IMG/VR virus record: IMGVR_UViG_3300011339_001230
Coordinates: 1-40,310 of that record
Length of the DNA stretch: 40,310 nt
Strand: one strand, 5' to 3'
Origin: a virus
Lineage: Duplodnaviria; Caudoviricetes
In this document: positions 1 through 9,397 of the stretch, piece by piece
How the letters are laid out: each line of letters starts with the position of its first letter
Numbering within the stretch: position 1 is the first letter of the stretch
Translations under genes and position numbers: made by a program
Notes under the pieces: generated by a model
Seen by the model: only the letters and a program-made list of their open reading frames with translations
Databases searched by the model: none
What the model was told of the DNA's origin: nothing

Positions 1-1
1 A

Positions 2-508
2 AATAAAACTAAAAGTAAAAAAGGAGTTGACTCGTTCTCTGATAATTGTCTTATTAGAATTAATAGTAATCAGTTGGTTAATGATTTAATTAATCAAGGA
101 TGTATACCTAAGAAAACATTTACAATAGAAAGACCAAATATTGATGAAAAATATTATAGACATTTTTTAAGAGGATTTTATGATGGGGATGGAAATTTTT
201 TCTATAGTGAAAAAACTAAATTATCGGTTGTTACGATAGTTTGTGCCTCTAAAAATTTCAGAGATTTTATTATTGAAGTGATTTCTAAAATACCAAATAT
301 TGGTAATATACATGAAGATGACAAGAAATACACAATCAAAATAACTAATATTTTTGGAATAATTGAGTTTTTATCCTACATTTATGATGATTCAAAAATC
401 GAATTAACAAGAAAAAAAGAATATTATGAAAAATATAGAGAATATAGAAGAAGTGTTGAGTCAAATTATTGTGGGAAATTGCGTGGAGGTTATGTCAAAA
501 CTTCCTGA
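2..508 (+). CDS. LAGLIDADG homing endonuclease, C-terminal part (5' end outside window)
   Basis: Motif RHFLRGFYDGDG; the frame is open from base 2; overlaps the start of the methyltransferase by 83 nt. Confidence 0.8.
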   Translation, partial: NKTKSKKGVDSFSDNCLIRINSNQLVNDLINQGCIPKKTFTIERPNIDEKYYRHFLRGFYDGDGNFFYSEKTKLSVVTIVCASKNFRDFIIEVISKIPNIGNIHEDDKKYTIKITNIFGIIEFLSYIYDDSKIELTRKKEYYEKYREYRRSVESNYCGKLRGGYVKTS

Positions 509-1310
509 AAAATCAATAGATTTGATATGTACGTCACCTCCATACTCAGTTGGTATAAATTATGACACTTATGATGATAATACAACAATCAATCAATATT
601 TAGATTTTTCAGAAAAATGGTTATCATCCGCTTACAGAATATTAAGAGATGATGGTAGAATATGTGTAAATGTGCCATATGAGATAAATCTAAAAGACAG
701 AGGAGGTAGAATTTTTATTGTATCTGAAATTTGGAATGTTATGAAAAAAATAGGATACAATTGGTTTGGAATAATTGACCTTGAAGAAGATAGCCCTCAT
801 CGTAGTAAAACAACGGCTTGGGGTAGCTGGATGAGTCCAAGTCAACCATATTTGTATAATCCTAAAGAATGTCTGATAATTGCATATAAAAATTCACCAA
901 AAAAATTAGAAAAAGGTGAACCACAATGGAAGGGAGTTCCAACACAGATTGAGCAAGAGGACGGAACATTCAAGAATAAAATTGTATATCAAGAAGAAGA
1001 TAAGAAAGAGTTTATGGAGTTAGTATTTGGTCAGTGGAAATATCTTAATGATAGTAGACCAATGACTAAGGCAACATTCTCAATGGATATTCCAACCAAG
1101 GCAATTAAGATTCTAACCTATAAGAATGATATTGTTCTTGACCCATTTAATGGAAGTGGAACAAGTTGTGTGGCGGCTGAAATATTAGACCGAAGATGGA
1201 TTGGAATAGAACTCAGTCCTAATTATACGGAGATTGCAAGGGAAAGGATTCAAGCGTTCATCGATAAAAAACGACAACAACAGTTGGAGTTTGAAAATGG
1301 GGGTCAATGA
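426..1310 (+). CDS. Beta-class DNA methyltransferase (N4-cytosine/N6-adenine)
   Basis: TSPPY motif IV near the N-terminus, VLDPFNGSGT motif I and IGIELS near the C-terminus. Confidence 0.92.
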   Translation: MKNIENIEEVLSQIIVGNCVEVMSKLPEKSIDLICTSPPYSVGINYDTYDDNTTINQYLDFSEKWLSSAYRILRDDGRICVNVPYEINLKDRGGRIFIVSEIWNVMKKIGYNWFGIIDLEEDSPHRSKTTAWGSWMSPSQPYLYNPKECLIIAYKNSPKKLEKGEPQWKGVPTQIEQEDGTFKNKIVYQEEDKKEFMELVFGQWKYLNDSRPMTKATFSMDIPTKAIKILTYKNDIVLDPFNGSGTSCVAAEILDRRWIGIELSPNYTEIARERIQAFIDKKRQQQLEFENGGQ

Positions 1311-1324
1311 CCTCCATTTTTTTT
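1294..1324 (+). terminator. Intrinsic terminator
   Basis: AAAATGGGGGTC-AAT-GACCTCCATTTT hairpin followed by a T-run. Confidence 0.7.
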
Positions 1325-1357
1325 AATTTAAGATGTATTTATAGAAAAATAGTTCTC

Positions 1358-1729
1358 ATGGATAATTCAGAAATAATTAAAAAACTTATCGAGGCACAGA
1401 TACAATTAAAATTTCTACATTGGCAGACTAAGTCTTATGCAAAACACCAAGCATATGGAAACCTTTATGGAGATTTGGATGAACTTGTTGACGACTTCGT
1501 TGAAGCTTGTATGGGTAAACACGGAAGGCCATCCTATCAAGGGGGATACACAATTCAGGGGCAAGATATATCTGAAATATCAGTTCAAAATTTTGTTGAT
1601 GGTGTTTGTATTTTTTTAATTGAGTTAACTGAAGTTTTCGACCCTCAGTTAGATTCTGACCTTCTAAACTTGAGAGATGAAATGTTACATGGTTTTAATA
1701 AACTCAAATATCTTCTAACATTAGAATGA
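1358..1729 (+). CDS. Dps/ferritin-like phage protein (DUF5856-like)
   Basis: LHWQTKSYAKHQAYGNLYGDLDELVDDFVE resembles the Dps ferroxidase helices; ATG 1358 follows TATTTATA at 1336. Confidence 0.7.
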   Translation: MDNSEIIKKLIEAQIQLKFLHWQTKSYAKHQAYGNLYGDLDELVDDFVEACMGKHGRPSYQGGYTIQGQDISEISVQNFVDGVCIFLIELTEVFDPQLDSDLLNLRDEMLHGFNKLKYLLTLE

Positions 1730-3135
1730 GAAAATTAATATCTGAATCTGGTATTAGAAATATTAGAGAACTTTCTGATAGATACCAAAAGGCTAAAATT
1801 TATTTCCACCAAGATTTGGATGGTGTTACAACAGCAATTGCTATGAGGGATTACCTCCAAGCAAATGATATTGAAGTTGTTGATACTGAAGTAATTCAGT
1901 ATGGTGATAAAGAGTGGTCGGTAAAGAAAGCCGATGCGAGGGGTGATGTAATGCCAGTTCTTGTAGATTTTGCTCACGGTAAACCGATGTTTGTAATACA
2001 TACAGACCACCACGATAGACAAGCTGGAGCTGAAGAAACCGGCTCAAAATCATTTAGACAATCAAGGTCAAATGTTGAAACACTTTCTCAAATTATACCA
2101 AAATCAGATTTATTTCCACCACAAGATGTTGCAACCATATCTATGGTAGATTCGGCGGACTATGCAAAGAAGGACATAACTCCTGAAATAGTTATGAATT
2201 ATGTTTACAAGTTTGATAAAGATAAGTCCGCCGCTGACAATAGAATGCTTTTAGGGCTTGTTACAAACAAATTACTTCTTGCATTTAAAAACAAACCTGA
2301 GTTTTTAGAGAAGTTAGTTATGGTTAGTCAACCTTCTTTAATTGACTTGTTTAGGAATATTAAAGAAATTATGAACCTTAAAGGTTATCCTGGAGAAGAA
2401 ACTTTAGAGAAAAATAAAGCGGACTATATTGAAAAAATGAAAGACTACCCTGAAGTTAAGGGTAATATCATAGTTCAGTATGGTGGAGGTAGTATGATGA
2501 AGCCAGGTTCCTACGATAGATATACACCTTTCAAAAATAACCCTGAGGCTGACTTTTTGGTAATTGCGTGGCCACTCGGACTTCTTCAGGCATCTTGTAA
2601 TCCATTTAAGAAAGAGAGAGAACTAAAAGGTGTTAATCTTGGAGAAATTGCCCAAGAAGTTTTGGGTAAGTGGGAAGATAGGTTGAAAGATAAAACAGTG
2701 ACACTTTCAACAATTAAATGGATTTCTGAAAGTGCTAAAGGATTTGGAGCCGAGTCAGTTGGATTTACATTTAAAGATTTTGCGGCAATTTATGGAGATA
2801 AGTTTTTAAATAAAGACGAAGGTGTAAAGGACTTAATGAATATTAGAGAACTTATGAGTAAACCATCATCTGAGTTAACTGAGGATGAATGGAAAACACT
2901 TGATAGTATTGAGGTTAATGCTTGGGACATTATACAAGCTAATTCAGGAGGACATAAATGTATTACTAATATATCTGGTTTGAACTTCTTAGGTAGAAGT
3001 AAAAGACCACCACAAGGAAAATACAAATATGACCCTGAAAAAGACGATTCTCCTTATATTAAGTTTCTTAAAATGTTACAGAACGAATTTGTTAGGGTAC
3101 TCCAACAAAAAATTGAGGACGCAAAGAATCAGTAG
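1726..3135 (+). CDS. DHH-superfamily phosphoesterase-like protein
   Basis: HQDLDG, VDFA, TDHH and a late GGH motif. Confidence 0.7.
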   Translation: MRKLISESGIRNIRELSDRYQKAKIYFHQDLDGVTTAIAMRDYLQANDIEVVDTEVIQYGDKEWSVKKADARGDVMPVLVDFAHGKPMFVIHTDHHDRQAGAEETGSKSFRQSRSNVETLSQIIPKSDLFPPQDVATISMVDSADYAKKDITPEIVMNYVYKFDKDKSAADNRMLLGLVTNKLLLAFKNKPEFLEKLVMVSQPSLIDLFRNIKEIMNLKGYPGEETLEKNKADYIEKMKDYPEVKGNIIVQYGGGSMMKPGSYDRYTPFKNNPEADFLVIAWPLGLLQASCNPFKKERELKGVNLGEIAQEVLGKWEDRLKDKTVTLSTIKWISESAKGFGAESVGFTFKDFAAIYGDKFLNKDEGVKDLMNIRELMSKPSSELTEDEWKTLDSIEVNAWDIIQANSGGHKCITNISGLNFLGRSKRPPQGKYKYDPEKDDSPYIKFLKMLQNEFVRVLQQKIEDAKNQ

Positions 3136-3658
3136 CCAACCATTGTTTAGTAAAATCTTTGTTTTTTTCACAATATTTAGCATATCCATTTAGGATTGGT
3201 TTACCTGTATTATACGCCCCACAAGCTAAAGCCCAATCTTTATATTTTTTATAATGTTGGGATAGTATCTTCATCGACAACCATACATTAAGTTCTAAAT
3301 CACGCATAACTTGATTTTTTGTAACTTTGAATCCGGCAAAATATGATGCGTATTTTGGCATAATTTGCATAGCCCCAACGGCTCCAGCCCCAGAAGTTTG
3401 ATACGGGTTATAAAGACTATCTAAAGGTCCTCGATATCGGGTTTCTTTATATGCTACATTATATGCTACATATTTTGGAATATTAAAACTATCTGAATAG
3501 GTTTCTATTAAGTAAAACATTCGATGACTTGGAAGAGCATCCTCCCTTGACCCCAGTTCATAGTAATATTCTCTAACATTTTGTTTATTATTAGAGTTAC
3601 ACAATACTGTTGATAGTAAAATAATAAAAAATCCGAAAATTATCAGTTTTAGTTTCAT
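3092..3658 (-). CDS. Lytic transglycosylase (SLT domain) with N-terminal membrane anchor/signal
   Basis: KET catalytic Glu, GAVGAMQIMP, AYNTG motifs; hydrophobic N-terminus. Confidence 0.85.
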   Translation of the reverse strand: MKLKLIIFGFFIILLSTVLCNSNNKQNVREYYYELGSREDALPSHRMFYLIETYSDSFNIPKYVAYNVAYKETRYRGPLDSLYNPYQTSGAGAVGAMQIMPKYASYFAGFKVTKNQVMRDLELNVWLSMKILSQHYKKYKDWALACGAYNTGKPILNGYAKYCEKNKDFTKQWLATDSLRPQFFVGVP

Positions 3659-3675
3659 TTGGCTAAATTAAGAAA

Positions 3676-4038
3676 TTATTTTGAAATATCAAAAGTAAAA
3701 ATACATCTATCACCGATTGAGATATTCTTTTCTTTACAATATCCACCATCAATTTCTAAGACATACTTCCCAAATCCACAATAATTTTCACAATCTTCTT
3801 CATTCCCACAAGGGAGACAGTTATGTGATATTGATGAAATTGTTAAATCTTCGTCAATAAAGATTATATCTAAAGGTATGATACAATTTTTCATATAGAA
3901 ACAATGCATATCATGACCCATTAAGAATAACATTCCACTAAAGTCAGTAAATTTTTTTTTCATCATACCCTCAGATTTTTCTTTTTCTGAGTTACATACT
4001 TTGACTTTAAAAACGGAATCATTTATAGTTATAAACAT
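3676..4038 (-). CDS. DUF192-family protein
   Basis: GMLF, FYMKNCIIPLDIIFID, YVLEIDGG motifs. Confidence 0.85.
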   Translation of the reverse strand: MFITINDSVFKVKVCNSEKEKSEGMMKKKFTDFSGMLFLMGHDMHCFYMKNCIIPLDIIFIDEDLTISSISHNCLPCGNEEDCENYCGFGKYVLEIDGGYCKEKNISIGDRCIFTFDISK

Positions 4039-4055
4039 ATTTATAAATACTTAAA

Positions 4056-4460
4056 ATGAAAGAAAGTTCAGGTATTATTGTCAAAGTTAAGGACAAATGT
4101 CTTCTGTGTAAGAGAGCTAAGGAGAATGAAGACCCAGGTAAATGGGCAATCCCGATGGGAGGGATTGAAGAAGGAGAAGACCCTAAAGAGGCAGCATATA
4201 GAGAATTCATCGAAGAGATGGGGGCTGAAATTGATGGAGATATTAAATCAATCGGTGCAATTAATAGGTATAACAAAACTGGTGGGGTGAAAAGCATTCT
4301 TCACTTATTTGTGTACGAAACTAACAAAAAAATAATACCTGACCTTGAAAATGCGGTTGATGGATTTGAGCATTCAGAATGTGGATACTTCAACAGGGAA
4401 GAGATGGAGGAGCTATATATGAGTGGAAGTTTAAAAGATGTCCTTTTAAAGTTTTTTTAA
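4056..4460 (+). CDS. NUDIX hydrolase
   Basis: Nudix box GGIEEGEDPKEAAYREFIEEMG. Confidence 0.92.
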   Translation: MKESSGIIVKVKDKCLLCKRAKENEDPGKWAIPMGGIEEGEDPKEAAYREFIEEMGAEIDGDIKSIGAINRYNKTGGVKSILHLFVYETNKKIIPDLENAVDGFEHSECGYFNREEMEELYMSGSLKDVLLKFF

Positions 4461-4469
4461 AAAAATAAG

Positions 4470-4712
4470 ATTTCACTTGTTCAATTAAATATTTATCCTT
4501 ACATTTGTAAAAGATTTGACACCTACAGGTGATGAAAGATACTCGGAAAGTTAAATCTAAAAAAAAATACAAATAAATTTGGTAGATTGAAAAAGTCACC
4601 ATATATTTGTAAAAGATTTGAGACGGACAACGATTAAGATACAAGTCTCGAATCTTTAAAAAAAAGTTTAAGAAAAATTTGACAGTTTGAAAATTTTGAC
4701 TTAAATTTGTAA
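4470..4712 (+). promoter_or_regulatory. Three tandem Bacteroidota-type promoters about 100 nt apart
   Basis: TAnnTTTG at 4500, 4602 and 4702, each followed by TAAAA; short hairpins lie between them. Confidence 0.7.
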
Positions 4713-4735
4713 AACAATTCGGAAATGACCGAAGA

Positions 4736-4747
4736 AGTTCTTTGAAA
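4736..4747 (+). promoter_or_regulatory. boxA-like antitermination site
   Basis: AGTTCTTTGAAA immediately before the large ncRNA; the same motif precedes four other RNA units. Confidence 0.65.
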
Positions 4748-4751
4748 ATTA

Positions 4752-5600
4752 GATTATCCATCAGGAAGTTGATGATGAGACCTTAGGGTTGATTCTGAGA
4801 CAACTGTAAATGATAATGGGCCGTGTATGGTCCTTAAATAAACTACGAAAGTAGGATAAAGTGACCTCCCCCGTGTTGAGGAGGTTGCGGTTTCGAAAGG
4901 AACTCGAGTACACAAGTGGGATATCACAAGACCTTTAGTACCGAGGGTAACACTGTAGGGAAAGTGGTCAGGTGACTTGGCAAAGTGGATTGTCAAGTTG
5001 AGGTGGGAACACCAACAAGAATAACCCATAGGAATCAAGTAAGAAATGTAGCCTCCAACTACAATATTGCGGGTTCCATTACCGAAGGGTACTTAAAACC
5101 GAAAGGTAAGGTAGAGAACGAGTGGTGTCGCTACTACCCCTAAGGAAGACCTACCAAGGTCTCTTTATGAAGTAATCTGAAAGTATGGAGATAGGGATAT
5201 CTCACGGAGTAGTTTAGTATTCTGTCGCTCAAAAGGAGACGGAACTTACGGTGGACCACTACTCTGACACATCCACGACACAATCTAAAATTATTAAAAA
5301 TAATTTAAGGAAAAGTGTCCATCAGGTTTAAGTGAAAGGTCACTACCTAATCACTGGCTGTCAGTGGTACAGAAAGACCCCAAGTCTGACTGTAGTTTTA
5401 CGAAAAACCTTTAATCCCGCAAGGATGAACTGGGGTGGCAACCTCGGAAAGAGTTAAGTAATAAGAGAGTAACTTAAACCTCAAGGAGTGGTAAACCTAA
5501 AAGACCGTGACTGAGAAATACTTCTCAAAAGGAAGTGGATAAGAAGGGAAACAATAATCCTTCAAAAGGTTCTCACAGAAAGCTGTAATCTCAGGCTTAG
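4752..5600 (+). ncRNA. Large structured ncRNA, GOLLD-like (boundaries approximate)
   Basis: ~850 nt without a credible ORF, GC above flanks, GNRA-capped hairpins (CTAC-GAAA-GTAG, ACC-GAAA-GGT, TCC-CGCAA-GGA), directly upstream of a tRNA in a phage; family assignment is from size and context. Confidence 0.65.
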
Positions 5601-5614
5601 TTTAACTCTTATAT

Positions 5615-5687
5615 CGCAACTTAGAGCAGAGGCCAGCTCGTCAGGCTCATAACCTGAAGGTCGGAGGTTCGAATCCTTCAGTTGCAA
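5615..5687 (+). tRNA. tRNA-Met(CAT), initiator-like
   Basis: Cloverleaf; TCAGG-CTCATAA-CCTGA; C1:A72 mismatch. Confidence 0.92.
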
Positions 5688-5695
5688 CAACTTAC

Positions 5696-5720
5696 AGGTG
5701 GAGAAATCCACCTTTTTTAT
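5696..5720 (+). terminator. Intrinsic terminator
   Basis: AGGTGGA-GAAA-TCCACCT followed by a T-run. Confidence 0.85.
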
Positions 5721-5791
5721 TTCTTAACACACACTTTAATATTTTATATTCATCATTATCTTATTTTTAAAATATTTATAGATAACAAAAT

Positions 5792-6061
5792 ATGGATATG
5801 GAAATTAAAATTGGCGTGGTAGAATCGCACTACTACAAGGGAGTTAGAGAACTTCAAAAGATTGACCTAGAGAAGTTTCCACTTATCAAGCAGTTTCTTG
5901 AGGTAAATCCTGATGCGACGGAACAGGACCTACTCAAGTATATGAAAAAAATTAAAGATAAAGATTTTCAAAATTTCTTAAATGAACTTACTTGGAATGA
6001 AATAATGGAAGAAGATTTTTCAAAAAGTAAGACAAATTTTATTATTAAGGTGGAGAAATAA
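5792..6061 (+). CDS. Hypothetical protein
   Basis: 89-aa ORF preceded by TATTTATA. Confidence 0.7.
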   Translation: MDMEIKIGVVESHYYKGVRELQKIDLEKFPLIKQFLEVNPDATEQDLLKYMKKIKDKDFQNFLNELTWNEIMEEDFSKSKTNFIIKVEK

Positions 6062-6097
6062 TTTGGTGGATTGAGATTTTTACCGTATATTTGTATT

Positions 6098-6355
6098 ATG
6101 AAAGTAACAGTTCTAAATATAATACATCCTGAATACGGTAAAATAGTTTCTGAAACATTTACTGATGCAACACAACTCAAACTCTTTTTGAACATGGTTC
6201 AAACTGACATTGACTCAAACCGAAAGTTCCATCATTTCAATGTTACGGACACTTTGATTCAGATTCCATCAAACATTTTGAAGGAATGTTTAATTTTTAC
6301 TACCTCAAACAAGGTAACTCACACTGAACAAGTTCTTGCAAAACTTTCAGTTTAA
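6098..6355 (+). CDS. Hypothetical protein
   Basis: ATG 4 nt after the TATATTTG promoter element; start moved from 6071. Confidence 0.7.
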   Translation: MKVTVLNIIHPEYGKIVSETFTDATQLKLFLNMVQTDIDSNRKFHHFNVTDTLIQIPSNILKECLIFTTSNKVTHTEQVLAKLSV

Positions 6356-6400
6356 AATCTTTGTATAACAAAGTGGTGGACCAATCCGGTGGTTGGGCTC

Positions 6401-6428
6401 AAAAATAGGGTGAAAGCCCTATTTTTTT
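6401..6428 (+). terminator. Intrinsic terminator
   Basis: AAAATAGGG-TGAAAG-CCCTATTTT followed by Ts. Confidence 0.8.
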
Positions 6429-6459
6429 GTTTTCTAAAGGTATTTATAATAAAAAAACT

Positions 6460-6771
6460 ATGGCTAAAGTTATATTAACAGAAACTCAGTTAAAAAAATT
6501 GGAATCCCAATTAAAGGAATCTGAAGTTATCGAAGGTAAGGATGGAAATTATATGGCTAAGCAACAACTTTTCATTATTGCAACTCTTGCTCAAAAGATG
6601 TGGGAAATAATGGAAGAGAATGAAGAACTTGATGATTGGATGGAATCTAAAATCGCTCAAGCCGAGCAGTCAATTACAAGTGTGGTTAAAGCATATATGT
6701 ATGATGAGATTGCCGACAATATGAAGGGTATGGAAACTCTTAATTATAACGAGATTGTTATTGGAAAATGA
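6460..6771 (+). CDS. Hypothetical phage protein with MAKVILTETQ N-terminus
   Basis: ATG 6460 after TATTTATA at 6441. Confidence 0.75.
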   Translation: MAKVILTETQLKKLESQLKESEVIEGKDGNYMAKQQLFIIATLAQKMWEIMEENEELDDWMESKIAQAEQSITSVVKAYMYDEIADNMKGMETLNYNEIVIGK

Positions 6772-7631
6772 GAAAAGTAATTAAAGAAGATAAAAATAAG
6801 TTTTATTTATATAACCCAATTCCGATTGTCAAACAAGAGGCCTCAGAGGTTATTCAAAGGATTTTAAGAACGCATGACTTATCATTTGAGTTTGGTAAAG
6901 ATACCGACTTAAATCAACTCGATACGGTCAACAAGATGAGAATGAAAGATTACATTAACAGGATTGTTAAGTATAAGGAAATTAGAGGTCATGCAATTGA
7001 AGGGTTAATGTGTGGTTTATATAATGGTAATTTAAATTCCAGCCAAGCAGGTAGTTGGGATTACTCAGTCGCTCCAGGAACAGTAGAGCAAAAGTATGTT
7101 GAGGATGAAGGTGAAAGTCCAGTGATTGGTGGATACAAGCAAGTATTGACTGCACTTGGTCTTGAGGTGAATGACATTGTTAAAAACATAACAGAAAAGT
7201 ATGGTGAATCTAATATATTTTTAATTAATGATGATGAACTTATTGAGATTAAGAAAAATGTTTTAGCTGGAATGACGGCAGATATTGTTTGCATATCAAC
7301 AAAGATAGTTGACAGAATAAGAAGTTATTATTTCACAAAAGAAAATTTCATCAACATATTCTCAGATGCAAATAATTGTTCGGCTCCAAAACAAAAGGGA
7401 GGAAATCAACTGAGAATAAAAAGCTCGGCGGTTAGAAGTGAAGGTATTACTTTTGACATTATGATTCCCAAAATCTCTCAAAAAGAATATGATGATTTTT
7501 TAAATATCGACCAAGAGGAGTTATCGGTTGCTCAAATATTCGGACCATTCTCAAACAAAATTCGTCCTGATATTTTAAAGTGGATTAAGAACAACAAAGA
7601 GCAGTTCAAAGATTTGGTTAATTCACTTTAA
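6768..7631 (+). CDS. Hypothetical protein, possibly PD-(D/E)XK nuclease-like
   Basis: 287-aa ORF; RGHAIE...WDY...VEQK spacing is only suggestive of the fold. Confidence 0.6.
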   Translation: MRKVIKEDKNKFYLYNPIPIVKQEASEVIQRILRTHDLSFEFGKDTDLNQLDTVNKMRMKDYINRIVKYKEIRGHAIEGLMCGLYNGNLNSSQAGSWDYSVAPGTVEQKYVEDEGESPVIGGYKQVLTALGLEVNDIVKNITEKYGESNIFLINDDELIEIKKNVLAGMTADIVCISTKIVDRIRSYYFTKENFINIFSDANNCSAPKQKGGNQLRIKSSAVRSEGITFDIMIPKISQKEYDDFLNIDQEELSVAQIFGPFSNKIRPDILKWIKNNKEQFKDLVNSL

Positions 7632-7648
7632 TTTTCTATATTTGTGGT

Positions 7649-8338
7649 ATGAAAATCACTTTCATATCAGATACACACAATAAACACAAACAGATTACAC
7701 AGGACTTGCCTGGAGGTGACTTACTTATCCACGCTGGTGACATATCAAGCATGGGTTACAAACACGAGATTCAACAATTCTGTAAGTGGATTAACGGTTT
7801 GGATAACTATACTTCAGTTGTCTTCATCGCTGGTAATCACGACTTTGGTTTTGAGAAACGACCCGAGGAAACTATGGAAATTCTAAATTCATACAATTGG
7901 ATTAACTACCTCCAAGATAATCATCTGTTATTTGGTGCTGATACGGAAAACCTTGTTAAAATTTATGGTAGTCCATGGCAACCTGAGTTTCATAATTGGG
8001 CGTTTAACCTACCAAAGAATGGATGGGAATTAGAACAGAAGTGGAACGACATTCCTGAAGATACGGACATATTGATTACTCACGGACCGGCTTTTGGTTA
8101 CTTGGATATGGTAAAAGGTCAATATGAAAATCTTGGATGTCAGTTACTTACCAATCGGATTAAGAAAATTAAACCCAAAATTCACATCTGCGGACATATA
8201 CATTCAGGGTATGGTTATGTTTTTGATGGAGATACTCACTTCATAAATGCTTCAGTGTTGGATGAACAGTATCAATATACCCAAAAACCTCTAACGGTAG
8301 AATGGGACCCTGTAACGAATAACTTGGAGTTTATTTAA
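7649..8338 (+). CDS. Calcineurin-like metallophosphoesterase
   Basis: SDTH, HAGD, GNHD, THGP, GHIH motifs. Confidence 0.93.
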   Translation: MKITFISDTHNKHKQITQDLPGGDLLIHAGDISSMGYKHEIQQFCKWINGLDNYTSVVFIAGNHDFGFEKRPEETMEILNSYNWINYLQDNHLLFGADTENLVKIYGSPWQPEFHNWAFNLPKNGWELEQKWNDIPEDTDILITHGPAFGYLDMVKGQYENLGCQLLTNRIKKIKPKIHICGHIHSGYGYVFDGDTHFINASVLDEQYQYTQKPLTVEWDPVTNNLEFI

Positions 8339-8342
8339 TTTG

Positions 8343-8370
8343 AAAACCCGTCGATATCGACGGGTTTTTT
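8343..8370 (+). terminator. Intrinsic terminator
   Basis: AAAACCCGTCG-ATAT-CGACGGGTTTTTT. Confidence 0.85.
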
Positions 8371-8393
8371 GATATTTATACTTAAACCTAACT

Positions 8394-8705
8394 ATGTTCA
8401 GCTCTGAAAATCCTGTTGTTATGATTGGTGCCGTTATAATGGCAATGTTGTTTATTTGCTTAGGAGTTTTCTATGTAAATAAATTATTCTCCAACTCCAC
8501 CCAAGATATACTTGTAAGATTCATTCTTATGGTGTTTGCTTCACTTGTTGGGGTCTTTATCGTTGATAAAGTAATTGCATTCAAAATTTCCCTATTAAGT
8601 GAAGAACAAAATGGTGAATTGTTTGATTTGATTAAAACCCTAACCCTTATGATATTCTCGTATTACTTTGGGTCTCAGAAAGGACAGAAAGAAGAAAGTT
8701 GTTAA
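8394..8705 (+). CDS. Small multi-pass membrane protein (holin-like)
   Basis: Three hydrophobic segments; SYYFGS followed by a charged tail. Confidence 0.6.
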   Translation: MFSSENPVVMIGAVIMAMLFICLGVFYVNKLFSNSTQDILVRFILMVFASLVGVFIVDKVIAFKISLLSEEQNGELFDLIKTLTLMIFSYYFGSQKGQKEESC

Positions 8706-8706
8706 A

Positions 8707-9057
8707 CTATTCGTTGGTTATGTAATCCTGAAAAATTCTCTTCTCAACAAGATTACCTTCCATATTATACATCCACCCTTCGTATTTTTTACCTTTAAAA
8801 TATTTTACCTGTGATATTTTAATTCCGTATGGTGAATATGTAGTCCAGATTCCATCCTTTCTACCTTCATCATAATGGCCTACAGAAAATACACTACCAT
8901 TTTCATAATAAGCGGTCCACTCACCGGTCTTTAGATTATTAATTAAATGACCTTTTTGTTCGATTTGACCTTTTTCATTTTTAAACACAACTTCCTCCAC
9001 TTGTGAACGTCCTACAACCTGTAAGAACATAAACATTAAAAAAATAATCTGTTTCAT
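8707..9057 (-). CDS. Exported MORN-variant repeat protein (YwqK-like)
   Basis: Signal peptide; GEWTAYYENG and DGIWTTYSPYG repeats. Confidence 0.75.
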   Translation of the reverse strand: MKQIIFLMFMFLQVVGRSQVEEVVFKNEKGQIEQKGHLINNLKTGEWTAYYENGSVFSVGHYDEGRKDGIWTTYSPYGIKISQVKYFKGKKYEGWMYNMEGNLVEKRIFQDYITNE

Positions 9058-9148
9058 AATATTAAGGATATATTATAAATAGATTAAGGAAATGTTAAGT
9101 AATATTATCAATTGGAATTATTAAAAAATTTAACATAGATATTATTGT

Positions 9149-9397
9149 ATGAAAACAATTTTAATCACTGTATTTTTTAGAATACTATTTTTAGATTCAC
9201 AAACAGATGAAACTTTGACTGGGGTTAAAGTTGAAACTAATCAGGGTGTATACTTTTCTAATTTGGACGGAGAAGTTTTTATATCGACAGAGGAAGAAGT
9301 TCTATCTGTAAGTTACGTTTCATACGAAACAAAAAATGGTGTCACCCTTTCGAATGACACCATTATGTCTTTGAATCAGATTGGTACTTATAAATGA
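9149..9397 (+). CDS. Short carboxypeptidase-regulatory-like domain protein
   Basis: DSQTDETLTGVKV...SNLDGE...VSYVSYET resembles the N-domain of Bacteroidota TonB-dependent receptors. Confidence 0.55.
   Translation: MKTILITVFFRILFLDSQTDETLTGVKVETNQGVYFSNLDGEVFISTEEEVLSVSYVSYETKNGVTLSNDTIMSLNQIGTYK

Noticed and set aside
4390-5038. Minus-strand ORFs 4390-4761 and 4754-5038
   Set aside because: Antisense to the promoter cluster and the large ncRNA; no protein-like features.
4752-5600. rRNA fragment or tmRNA
   Set aside because: No universal rRNA signature sequences; no tRNA-Ala-like ends or tag frame.
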